Of a stretch of DNA of 64,000 nucleotides, positions 13,939-25,399 are shown piece after piece. Position 1 is the first letter of the stretch, and each line of letters begins with the position of its first letter. Under the pieces are notes generated by a model, which was not told the DNA's origin, did not search any database, and was given only the letters and a program-made list of their open reading frames with translations. Origin of the DNA: Mobula hypostoma (lineage: Eukaryota); assembly GCF_963921235.1 (NCBI RefSeq), contig NC_086097.1, positions 200,820,001-200,884,000 of the forward strand, in the 5' to 3' direction. Position numbers and translations under genes: made by a program.

Positions 13939-14250
13939 ATGGCACATGGCCAAATGGTTAAGGCGTTGGTCTAGTGATCTGAAGGTCGCTAGTTTGAGCC
14001 TCAGCTGAGGCAGCGTGTTGTGTCCTTGAACAAGGCACTTAACCACACATTGCTCTGCGACGACACCGGTGCCAAGCTGTATCGGCCTTAGTGCTCTTCT
14101 CTTGGACAACATCGGTGTTGTGGAGAGGGGAGACTTGCAGCGTGGGCATCTGCCGGTCTTCCATACAACCTTGCCCAGGCCTGTGCCCTGGAAACCTTCC
14201 AAGGTACAAATCCGTGGTCTCACGAGACTAACGGATGCCTATATATATAA
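13939..14250 (+). mobile_element. tRNA-derived SINE (Deu-domain-like)
   Basis: A-box-like TGGCCAAATGG, GTGTCCTTGAACAAGGCACTTAACC core, (TA)n tail, TSD TGACCCC at 13932-13938 and 14251-14257. Confidence 0.75.
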
Positions 14251-14719
14251 TGACCCCTACTGGTATTTTAGGAACATTTTCTAAATGAAGAAGAATCTCT
14301 GTGGAATTTTGTCTTATTCCATTTTCCATGTTTATTGAACTCTTTCCAACCTTGGAATTTTATGACCTCTGTTTATAATTTGTCATCATCATCATGTGCC
14401 TCAAGGCAGAACAAATCAGAATATTAGAACTCCACATCAGTAATTCTGATAGCAAACAAAAGCCTTAGCCACCTGCATCAAAACTTGAGTATTAATTCCC
14501 ATGTTTTGTTTAACATTGTACCCGCCATACCCAAAAATTGTTGTGACATGGAAAGTTAAACGTATAGTGCAAAGATCTGTGTGTCATGGGATGGTATTTT
14601 TTGAAAGCCAATTGACTTTGTGCACTCATACTGCTTTCTGCTCTGGTTGAAATTGAATTGAGGCTGCCAGGTACACACAGTTTTGTTGATGCATTCATTG
14701 TTTTGTCTACAATGTAGAT

Positions 14720-17260
14720 CTTGTCTACATTGGCAAGGCTAGCATTTATTCCCTATTCCTAATTGCCCTTGAGAAGATGGTAGACAGGTGCCTTCTTGAA
14801 CTACGGCAGTGCTTCTGGTAAAAATCCTCCCAGCTGGTGTTTGGTGATAATGAACATACAGTGATATATTTCCAAACGAGAACGATGTGAGACTGGAGGG
14901 CAACTCATGCAGCGGGAGTGAATGCCTACACATTCTACACTTGTACTGAAGAGGTCGCAGGTTTGGGAGGTGCTCTCAGAATAGCTGCAGTAAGTTTTGA
15001 AAGTGGCACACACTGTAGCACTGTACATCCATGGTGGAGTAAATTAATATTTCCATTGACTGACAGGACACCAGTCAAACAGGTTGTTTTCAGTTAGACA
15101 GCATTCAACTTTTTGAGAGTTATTGGAGTTATAGGCCGTCCCTGGGTAACAAATGGATTCCATTATTCACAGATGTCCATAAATCTATTTCGTCCATAAA
15201 TAAAAAAATACACAAAGGTTACTTGCTATAGTAACCAAACCTTCACAGTATTATAGTGAATAATTGCAAAAGCATATACAATTGGGCCGGCTGGTGGCAC
15301 AGTGACATCAGAGCCGGACTCCGGAGCGAAGAGACTAACGGATGCCTATATATATAAAAACCCCTCAGGTTCAAACCCAGACAGGCCCCTCCTGGGCATG
15401 CTTTCCATCCGTGATGGGTTGAGTGTCGAGCTCGCAACTCGGCCGCGTAAAAAAAAACGAATGCGCTGTGAGAAAGACGTGGGGGACCACTCACAGAATC
15501 TTTCCTTCAAGACAACCACTTGAAAAGTGGTCACTGAGGCTCTGGCAGAGTATGGCACACAAAAAAAAATATACAATTGATAAGAAAGAATAGTTACTAA
15601 AAGTGGAGAGAGAGAAAACTAATTCTGCCATTTGTAGAAAAAATATTATATACATATTGCAGGTCATATTTTTGAATTTCATTTGTATCTTTGTTCATAA
15701 AATTGTAACCCATGGATGGCCTATACTCATATCCAGGCAACTAGAGAGAATTCATAATTTGTGCTTTGTGCATGATGGAAAACTTGAGCCTTCGAGAGGT
15801 GAGCCACTTGCCATGGAATTCCCAGTCTCGGTCATACTCTTATAGTCATGGTATTTGTGTTTCCAGTCACGCTGTCAGAGTTGTGCTGCATGGAAACAGG
15901 CAGATCGGCTCACCGTGACCATGCCAACTGGTGGGTAGCCTTCTGTATTTATCCCATCTTCCAGCACTTAGCTCATAGCCCTCAAACAATTCAAGTGTTT
16001 GTCCAGTTCCACTACAGTTCTTTGTCTATGTTGATGGTGAGGAATTTCATGGTGGTAATGCCATTGAATGCGGAGGAGAGGTAATTGAATTCTCTCTTAT
16101 AGTAGATAGTCATCAGTTGGCACTTTTTTGCTATGGGTGCCAATTGCTGCTTACTAACGCATGGTTGAAGTTGTCGAGGTCTGTTGTATGCATGAATTGG
16201 GTTGTTCATTTGCAAGGAGCTGCAAATGAAATTGAACCCTGTATAATTATCAATGAACAATCCCACCTCTGACCTTATGAAGAAAAGAAAATTATTGATG
16301 AGGCAGCTGAAGATGGTTGGGCCAAGGAACTCCTATGTTGATGTCCTGGGGTGCAGATGACAAAACTCCAACAACCACAACCCTTTTTTTCTATGAAGTT
16401 TGACTCTAACCATTCCCTTTGACGTTCATTGATTGTAATTTTATGAAGATGCCTTTATGCTACACATGATTAGTCATATGATATCGCGAAGCATCATTCT
16501 CACCTCATCTTTATAATTCATCTCTTTGCTCTGTGTTTGGACCAAAGCTATGTTGAAGATTGGAGCTGAATTTTCTCAGCAAAACTCAAAATGGACATTA
16601 AGAAACAGGTTATTATAAAGTAAGCGTTACTTGATAACACTTATGATTGAGAACGATTGTGCAGTAATAAAGCCAGATTTGATTTGCTTTGCATTTTTAT
16701 GAACAGGGCATTTCTGGGCAATTTTTCACATTAAAGGGTAAATGTCAGTGTTGTAACTTTACTGGAATCGCTTGTCTGGAGGCATTGTTAATTCTGGAGT
16801 GCGGCTCTTCAGTACTATAGCCGTCATGTTTGTCTGGTCCCACGGCCTTTGCTGTATGCAGTGCTTCCAGCCATTTCCTGATCTCACATAGAGTTAATCG
16901 AATTGGCTGGAGGCTGGCTTCTGTGATGGTTGAGATCTCCAGGGGAAGCCAAACTGGATCATTTATTCTGCACTCCTGGTTTAACATGGTTGTGAATGCT
17001 TCAGCCTTGTTGATAGCACTCACACGCTGGGCCCTGCCATCAAAGAGGATGGGGATATTCTTGGATCCTCCTCCTCCTGTTGGTGGTTTAGTTGTGTTCC
17101 ACTTTCACATATAACTATAATATGATTCCAGAGCTTTGCTTGTAAGATGGCTTAGCTCAATATATTGCTTGCTATTTTCCTGCTTAGCCCAAACATGCTC
17201 CTGAGTTGTAGCTACACTTGGTTGGTACCTTAGAAATTTTAGGCATGCTTGTGCTGCTCT
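14720..17260 (-). mobile_element. L2-clade LINE, old and fragmented, with nested SINE/DNA-transposon pieces at ~15130-15690
   Basis: 3' end GCATTTATT..CCTAATTGCCCTTGAGAAG; peptide IRKWLEALHTAKAVGPD. Confidence 0.65.
15283..15560 (+). mobile_element. tRNA-derived SINE containing a ~30-bp tail of the 13939 SINE family
   Basis: GGTGGCACAGTG A box and GGTTCAAACCC B box separated by GAGACTAACGGATGCCTATATATATAA. Confidence 0.55.
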
Positions 17261-18039
17261 CATTGGTAACATCAAATTGCAGGTAGCACATGTTTTGGTA
17301 TAATCTATACAAAGTTACTCAGTACATCTGAAAATAGCACTGGCTCCGTATGGTAAACCAGAGAGCTGGAGCCTACTTCAGCATTGGTTAAAGGAGGTCT
17401 AGTCGTATCTAGTCCATTACCAGGAGTTCGAGGCACTTGTCTATTTTTTGGTTGTGTTTTCCTTCAATTTGTTTTGCTACTGTTAACTCCCAATCCCCTC
17501 CTACTGTTGCCTTGCTTGCAGCTAATATCCAAAGGCATTTCAATCACCCCTCCATCACTTCCCTGCTCTTCTCCCCAACTTTACTCAATTTTGCCATCCT
17601 GATTCTCTGTCTTCCACTCCCCCACTCCTCATTCTGTCTCTTCCACTGCTTGTGCTTCTAATATTGACTCTATTCTTTTCCAACTCTCCTACCCCTTGAT
17701 TACAGCACAACTCAATTTCTGCCATAGCTCATTAATATCAGCACCTCAAAAGAACTTTCTGTGCACAATAAGATCAATGTCTGTTTAATTTTGCACAATC
17801 CTTAGACCTGTGCTAATTTAATACAATTTGCTGCTTATGAGAATATTACCTGATACAAATAAAAGTGCTAGTATTTAGAGAGGGTGCAGAAGAAATATGA
17901 GAAATGCTGTCCAGGCTGAAAAATTCAAGTAGTGAGGAGAGTGTGACTAGGTTTTAAATGTTTTCACTGGAACAAGGTAAGCTAAGGAAGGATTTATAAA
18001 ATTACAAGAGGCTTAGCCAAGGGTGAACAGAAAGAAATA

Positions 18040-18790
18040 TAGTCAGGAAGTGTTGAAAATACTCATTAGGTCAAGCAACATCTGTGGAGGCAGAAACGGA
18101 ATTGATATTTCAAATGAGTGATCTTTCCTCAGAAACCAGTAAAAGTTATAAATGTGTTTAAAGTGCAGAGAAGGGCAGCAGGTGCAGAAAACCAACAGCA
18201 TATCAATGCCAGGGCAGAGACCAGCAGAGATTTAATGATATGAAAAATGGTAATGCCAGCTGAAGAAGAGTAGTGAAGACCTATTAATCGCAGGTGATCT
18301 GCCTGCAGGAGGTGTAAGTAGAAGGAGGGAAATTCGGGCAGATGAGAGAGAAAATAAGCAGCACAGGAATGGTAAGCTATCCAACACTACAGTTGAAGGA
18401 AATGTCACAAGTTAATAGTTCTTTTTTTTCCAGAACTATTCAGTTCTGTCACAAACTGAAAAGGTTGCTCCTCTGAAATTGTTGATTTCAATGTTGATTG
18501 CCAAGGGCTGTGAAGATGGGACGTAGAGTTTACATTTGGCTTTATTGGAACAATGTAGGAGGTCAAAGGCAGAGAGGTCAAAGTGGGACTGGGACAGATA
18601 ATTAAAGTGACAGGGGTCACTCTTGCAGACTGAATTGAGGTCATTTGAACAGTGGTCACCCAGTCCCTGTTTGTTTTCTGCAGCGCATTGGAACACACTA
18701 AATTGGTAGGAATTAAAGTGGTTGCAGAGGAAATGGTCCCTTCAGAATGCAGAAAGGGTGGGGGGGGGGAAGATGTGTCCAATGGTGGAA
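18040..18790 (-). mobile_element. Old Penelope-like element 3' fragment
   Basis: Degenerate GIY-YIG C-terminus (GLGDHC..SHFDLSAFDLLHC..INIEINNFR) followed by a pLTR-like segment. Confidence 0.6.
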
Positions 18791-19199
18791 TTATGATGGT
18801 GGAGGGCTGAAATTCCAAAAGATGATCTAATAAATATGGGGACTGGTGGAATGCAAGGGAGCCATATCCTTGCTCTGCATAAAATAGGTTTGGACGATAG
18901 AAATGCAGGAAAAGAAACTGACACAGTTGGAATCCCATTCAAACATGAGGGAAAGCAAGTCATGACCAAAAATAAAAGCTGGCAATTTAGAAGAACAAGT
19001 CACACCAACCTCCACATTCATTGGCAATTCTCTGTAACTTCTGTTCCCAGCAGATCCATCCTTCCTTCAAATGCCCCACAGCCGTTCCCTCAGTGATTCC
19101 TTCGTTCACCCTTCCACCACCAGCAAATCCATTCCCTTTCCTATACCATTGCAGAAGAAGCAATATATTCGATCTGAAGTGTTGCACTTTGAGAGGTCA

Positions 19200-19783
19200 A
19201 ATGGGATAGTATACAACTGGGCAGGATCCTTAATGCAAGTAGATAGAGTGGTAAAGAAGATGTATGGCATGTTCCCATCATCACAATGGGCATGGAGTAA
19301 AATAGTAAGGAAGTCATGATTCAGTTGTGCAATGCACTTTACAAGAGGGATGTGGGGACTTTGGAGCAGCCGCAGAATAGATTTAGCAAGATGCTGCCGG
19401 GTATTAGCTATAAAGAGAGTGTAGAAAAACTTGGAGTGACTTCACAGAAACACCAGAGGCAGAGGATGACCTGATGGAAGTTTATAAAATCACAAGAGGC
19501 AGAGACATGACAGAGAGCAAGAAAGCATTTTCCGAAGGTAGTATGTCGAATACTGGAGAGCATAGCTGTGAGGTGAGAGGGGAAAGTGTAAAGGGGATGC
19601 ATGCAGCAGAGAGTGGTTGGTTCCTGAAACGCGATGGTAGTGACAACAGTATGATAGTAGCGTTCAAGAGACTTTCAGACAGGCACATGAATATGCAGGA
19701 ATAGATCGTGTGCACCTGAAGTGTTTAATTTAGCATCATGCTAGGCACAGACATTGTGGACTGAAGGGCCTTCTCCTGTGCTG
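19200..19783 (+). mobile_element. CR1 3' fragment
   Basis: QVDRVVKKMYGM and MEVYKITRG peptides; tail continues after the Penelope insertion at 20922. Confidence 0.65.
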
Positions 19784-19785
19784 AG

Positions 19786-20529
19786 ATGTCCTCCTTTTTT
19801 AAAGAAAGGGGCTTCCCTTCCTCCACCATCAACTCTGCTCTCAAACACATCTCCCCCATTTCACGCACATCTGCTCTCACTCCATCCTCCCGCCACCCCA
19901 CTAGGAATAGGGTTCCCCTGGTCCTCACCTACCACCCCACCAGCCTCCGGGTCCAACATATTATTCTCTGTAACTTCCGCCACCTCCAACGGGATCCCAC
20001 CACTAAGCACATCTTTCCCTCCCCTCCTCTCTCTGCTTTCCGCAGGGATCACTCCCTACGCGACTCCCTTGTCCATTCGTCTCCCCCATCCCTCCCCACT
20101 GATCTCCCTCCTGGCACTTATCCTTGTAAGCGGAACAATTGCTACACATGCCTTTACACTTCCTCCCTTACCACCATTCAGGGCCCCAAACAGTCCTTCC
20201 AGGTGAGGCAACACTTCACCTGTGAGTCGGCTGGGGTGATATACTGCGTCCGGTGCTCCCGATGTGGCCTTCTATATATCGGCGAGACCCGACGTAGACT
20301 GGGAGACCACTTTGCTGAACACCTACGCTCTGTCCGCCAGAGAAAACAGGATCTCCCGGTGGCCACACATTTTAATTCCACATCCCATTCCCATTCTGAC
20401 ATGTCTATCCACGGCCTCCTCTACTGTAAAGATGAAGCCACACTCAGGTTGGAGGAACAACACCTAATATTCCGTCTGGGTAGCCTCCAACCTGATGGCA
20501 TGAACATTGACTTCTCTAACTTCCGCTAA
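19786..20529 (+). CDS. Penelope ORF C-terminus: linker plus GIY-YIG endonuclease (5'-truncated, RT missing)
   Basis: GVIYCVRCSRCGLLYIGETRRRLGDHFAEH..VATHFN..LEEQHLIFRLGSLQPDGMN. Confidence 0.85.
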   Translation: MSSFFKERGFPSSTINSALKHISPISRTSALTPSSRHPTRNRVPLVLTYHPTSLRVQHIILCNFRHLQRDPTTKHIFPSPPLSAFRRDHSLRDSLVHSSPPSLPTDLPPGTYPCKRNNCYTCLYTSSLTTIQGPKQSFQVRQHFTCESAGVIYCVRCSRCGLLYIGETRRRLGDHFAEHLRSVRQRKQDLPVATHFNSTSHSHSDMSIHGLLYCKDEATLRLEEQHLIFRLGSLQPDGMNIDFSNFR

Positions 20530-20822
20530 TGCCCCACCTCCCCCTCGTACCCCATCTGTTATTTATTTTTATACACACATTCTTTCCCTCACTCTCCTTT
20601 TTCTCCCTCTGTCCCTCTGACTATACCCCTTGCCCATCCTCTGGGTTCCCCCCCACCTTGTCTTTCTCCCTGGGCCTCCTGTCCCATGATCCTCTCGTAT
20701 CCCCTTTGCCAATCACCTGTCCAGCTCTCGGCTCCATCCCTCCCCCTCCTGTCTTCTCCTATCATTTTGGATCTCCCCCTCCGCCTCCCACTTTCAAATC
20801 TCTTACTAACTCTTCCTTCAGT

Positions 20823-20860
20823 TAGTCCTGACGAAGGGTCTCGGCCTGAAACGTCGACTG
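20823..20860 (+). ncRNA. Minimal type-I hammerhead ribozyme motif (Penelope type)
   Basis: TAGTC-CTGACGA-A-GGGT-CTCG-GCCT-GAAAC-GTC-GACTG: conserved cores, helix I and II pairing, palindromic ACGT helix III. Confidence 0.75.
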
Positions 20861-21159
20861 TACCTCTTCCTAGAGATGCTGCCCGGCCTGCTGCGTTCAC
20901 CAGCAACTTTGATGTGTGTTGCTTCTCCTGTGCTGTACTGTTGTCTGGTCAGTGGTCTTTTTCATAGATTTTACGTTCTATGTACCTCTTCCTTTTCCAC
21001 TATCTTGAGATCTAAATGTTACTCCCAGGTTAAGCAGAGATTCAATGAATTTCTTCCAGTGTAATGTTGTCACAATGATCTTTAGCACATTGGAGAAAAC
21101 AAAAGCAGACCACTTTGCAGATCACCTAAACTCAGGCTGCAAATGAACAGGTAAATTCA

Positions 21160-21985
21160 GGGACATAGACAGGTTGCACAGTTGGGCTGAGAAGTGACAG
21201 ATGGAGTTCAAATCAGAAGTGTGCGAAATGACACACTTTGGAAGGTCAAACTTGAAGGAAGACTACCAAGATAATAGTAGGATTCTTGGCAGTATGGAGG
21301 AACCAAGGGATCTTTGGATATAATTCCATAGATCCCACAAAGTTGCTGTGCAAGTTGATAGGATTGTTAAGAAGGCACATGGTTTGTTGAACCGCATTAT
21401 TCAGGGAATTGCATTTAATAGCGCGAGGTAATCTTGCTGTTCTTTAAAACCTTGGTTAGACCGCACTTAAGAGTATTGTGTTCATTTCTGTTTGTTTCTT
21501 TATATAAAGGATGTGGAAGCTATAGGGAAGGTGCAGATGAGATTTACCAGGATGCTGCCTGTTTAGACAGTATGTCAAATGAGAAAGGGGTGAGTGAGAT
21601 TGGATGTTCCTCTTTGGAGAGCAGGAGGATGAGAGATGATTTGATAAAAGATTATAAGAGGAATAAGATATAGCAGACAGATGGAATCAGGGCAACAATG
21701 GCTAATACCAGAGGATAGCCTTTTAAGGTGAGTGGAGGAACGTTTAGAGGAGATGTCAGAGGTAGCTACTTTACACAGGGAGTGGTAAATGCCTGGAATG
21801 CACAGCTTGTGGTGGTGGTAGTAGAGGTTAATGCATTATGGACATTTAAAAGACACAGGCACACAGATGAAAGAAAAATGTAAAGTTATAAGCTATGTAG
21901 AAGGGAAGAGTTAGATTGACCTTGGAGTAGTTTAATAGGTTGGCACAACATTGTAGTCCAAAGAGCCTGTACTGTTCTATGCTCA
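21160..21985 (+). mobile_element. CR1 3' fragment
   Basis: FKTLVRPHL motif; (CTGTA/TTCTA) tail. Confidence 0.75.
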
Positions 21986-22540
21986 GAATCGGAATCAGAA
22001 TCAGGTTCATTATCACTGGCATGTGTCGTGAAATTTGTTAACTTAGCAGCAGCAGTTCAATAGAATATTGCAGAAGAATATAAAATATATAGAATATTGA
22101 AGAAGAAGAAGAAAAACATAATAAAATAAGTAAATCAATTACAGTATATGTATACTGAATAGATTAAAAATTGTGCAAAAACCAGAAATAATATCTATCT
22201 AAAAAGTGAAGCGGTGTTCACGTGTTCAATGTAGGGGAAGAAGCTGTTCCTGAATCGCTGAATGTGTGCCTTCAGGCTTCTGTACCTCCTTCCTGATGGT
22301 AACAGTGAGAAAAGGGCATGCCTTGGGTACTGGAGGTCCTTAATAATGGACGCTGCCTTTCTGAGGCAACACTCCTTGAAGGTGTTCTGGGTACTTTGTA
22401 GGCTAGTACCCAAGATGGAGCTGACTTAATTTACGACCCTCTGCAGCTTCTTTCTATCCTGTGAAGTAGCACCCCCCCATCACCCCAGCATTCCAGATGG
22501 TGATGCAGCCTGTCAGAATGCTCTCCATGGTACATCTATA
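21985..22540 (-). mobile_element. Rex1/Babar-like LINE 3' fragment
   Basis: CLRKAASIIKD..HALFSLLPSGRRYRSL..RFRNSFFP; (GAATCA)n tail. Confidence 0.8.
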
Positions 22541-22968
22541 TTCTATATTCGAAGAAGGACATTTCCAGTTGCATATCCCTTTTATTTACTACCCCATTCT
22601 GACATCTCTGTTTTTCGCTCTGTTCCAATAAGTTCAATGTAAGCTTAAGAAACAGTGCCTCATTTTCTGATAAGGCACGACAGCCCTAAAGACACAGCAC
22701 TCAGTTTCCGATGACCAGCTTTCTCAATTCTGAGGAAAGGTCACCAATTCGTAATGTTAATTGCAATGTCCTTTCTTCATAGATGCTGCCTGTCCTGGGA
22801 AGGCGTACTTCAGTTGGCACAGATGAAAATAACCAATGAGATTTAAGTTAACTAAGAGGAGATTAGAAAGACAAGTTGAGGAAAAATATTTCAGACAAAG
22901 AACAATGGGTATCTGGATCAAATTGCCTGAAAAACTGGTGGAGGCAGAAACAGTCACATTTTAAAATT

Positions 22969-23494
22969 CAAACAACAGGAATTCTGCAGATGCTGGAAAT
23001 TCAAGCAACACACATCAAAGTTGCTGGTGAACGCAGCAGGCCAAGCAGCATCTGTAGGAAGAGGTGCAGTCGATGTTTCAGGCTGAGACCCTTCGTCAGG
23101 ACTAACTGAAGGAAGAGTGAGTAAGGGATTTGAAAGTTGGAGGGGGAGGGGGAGATCCAAAATGATAGGAGAAGGCAGGAGGGGGAGGGATAGAGCCAAG
23201 AGCTGGACAGGTGATAGGCAAAAGGGGATACGAGAGGATCATGGGACAGGAGGTCCGGGAAGAAAGACAAGGGGGGGGGGGGACCCAGAGGATGGGCAAG
23301 AGTTATAATGATCCTCTCGTATCCCCTTTTGCCTATCACCTGTCCAGCTCTTGGCTCTATCCCTCCCCCTCCTGTCTTCTCCTATCATTTTGGATCTCCC
23401 CCTCCCCCTCCAACTTTCAAATCCCTTACTCACTCTTCCTTCAGTTAGTCCTGACGAAGGGTCTCGGCCTGAAACGTCGACTGCACCTCTTCCT
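22969..23494. mobile_element. Penelope-like foldback insertion in a CR1 tail
   Basis: ~190-bp near-perfect inverted arms (~23052-23242 and 23308-23497); TSD ACATTTTAAAATT at 22956-22968 and 23495-23507. Confidence 0.88.
23446..23483 (+). ncRNA. Minimal hammerhead ribozyme motif
   Basis: Identical to 20823-20860. Confidence 0.72.
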
Positions 23495-24409
23495 ACATTT
23501 TAAAATTACCTGGATGAGCGTGATTAGCCATAACCCGGCAAGCTGCAGACCAAGAACTACAATGGGAACAAATAATGGTTATTTTTGAACAGCACAGACA
23601 CAATACAGTGAATGGCCTCCTTCAGTGCCATAAATTCCTGCTTCTTTTGTTCTGTGATAAGCTGGTGGGAAGCATCTACTTTACAAACCCAGGCATATAC
23701 TGTGTATATACTTTAAAACGGATTCCAAAATAACAAATGCGTAACTCTGTTCGTTAACCTTTGTAATAGTGCATCAAATTCTATTACATGGCAAGAGTAA
23801 TCTATGCAGGGATGTTGCCATCTATTTTTGCAGAAAAATTTTTTGCTAAGTGTCAACTGTTTTGCTTATAAACAAGGTTCTCTTTGCGCTCCAGTGTACC
23901 CCAATGACCCTAGGTAACATTGCACTCTCTTCTCTTGTAATCCACCCCATTAATCACTAAGTAATAAGACATACAAGTGGAGCGTTGCTCTGTGTTAATA
24001 GTCTTTTAATATCCAATCCGCTGCATGTTTTCCATATTCTGTGGTGAAAACAGGTGACACTGGGCACAGCAAACAGAGTTGTTTAATAGTTAAGTTATTA
24101 TCATCCTTATTACTCTGCCTGTTACATCACACTCCTACCTGCACTTTTGCTACAGAATAGTGGTGAAACTTATACAAAATAAGACTGGTCATTTAAAATA
24201 AAAGTCCAATGGAATGGACCATTTATTATATAAAAATAGACATCGCATGTCTTTCATTGAACTGAAAACAATAATTCACTCAGATAACCATTGATCATGA
24301 TCCATAAGAGCTTCACTTTTGCAGACTATAACGTTATTGAGCTTTTCAATTAAGTTAGTGCCTCATAACTTACTTCCTCAAGATTTTTTCAAAATAAACA
24401 TTAAATATT

Positions 24410-24715
24410 AGCTTTATTTGTCACATGTATATCAAGACATACAGTGAAATGTGTTATTTGTATCAACGGCCAACGCAGGCCCAGGTTTGCTCTGGGGTTG
24501 GCCGACAAGTTTCGTCATGTTTCCAGTGCCAACATAGCAGGCCCACGGCTCACCAGCCCTAACCCCAACAGTACATCTTCGGAATGTGGGAGGAAACCAG
24601 AGCACCGAGAGGAAACACACGCAGAGAACAGACAAACTCTCACTGGCAGCAGTGGGCATCGAACCCCGACTGGGGTAAACAAGTGCACTAACCGCTACAC
24701 CACTGTGACCATCCT
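24410..24715 (-). mobile_element. V-SINE-like element with LINE-derived tail
   Basis: GGAATGTGGGAGGAAACCAGAGCACCGAGAGGAAAC core; tRNA-like head on the minus strand. Confidence 0.6.
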
Positions 24716-25399
24716 GCATTTCACTGGCCAATGAATTTTACTTTGTGGGAATATGCCTATCTAACAGTCAATCAATATATGAAACTCTTCCAGACATTTC
24801 AGTATGATACAATGCCATATAAATGGGGCTTTGTACTTGAATGGTATATTTTGTTTTGCCTGTCTACTCTCAAACAACCTGCTTTATATCTCAATCCACA
24901 ACTTTGCACCATGTGTTTTTTGGTTTGTCTCATTAAAGCAATAATCTTCATGGAGCTCCCAATCCCCAACTGTAAATTTGGAGGGTAAGCAATAACATTT
25001 CCAAGGAAAAGGGTGAAAATCTTTCTTTAATCCATATCTATTACTGTTTGCTTGGTTATTGCTTACATCACTGCTCAGGTTTTCCCTGGAAATTCTATGT
25101 GATAGTGACTTGTATTTTCCTGTGCTTAAGAATCCAGGAAAAATGAATGGTACAATAATAATAAGATTGTATCATTTTATTCTCACCTGGGAATAAAACA
25201 ATACAATCTTTTTCTCATTCTGTGTGCAACAGTTCCCGAGGAGACATTGGATTGCACAGTGAGAGGAAGAGTTCAAAGGAAGCAAGTGGGGTCAGTTGGA
25301 ACATTTTGCACAACACAGTTCCTGAGGAGACATTGGATTGTGCATAATTAGGCACTTGGCAAGGGAAAATAAAAATAGTTAGGTTTAAGAAAAGTGGCC

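Larger units (their letters stand above)
19784..20921 (+). mobile_element. Young 5'-truncated Penelope-like element (GIY-YIG region plus pLTR)
   Basis: Perfect 14-bp TSD CTTCTCCTGTGCTG at 19770-19783 and 20922-20935; open GIY-YIG ORF; hammerhead motif in the 3' repeat. Confidence 0.9.

Noticed and set aside
13939..14010. tRNA gene
   Set aside because: tRNA-like head of a SINE with body, tail and TSD; no full cloverleaf seen
25225..25345. CRISPR-like repeat-spacer (two ~28-bp copies of CAGTTCC.GAGGAGACATTGGATTG)
   Set aside because: Only two copies, in a vertebrate context at a CR1 5' end; a simple local duplication
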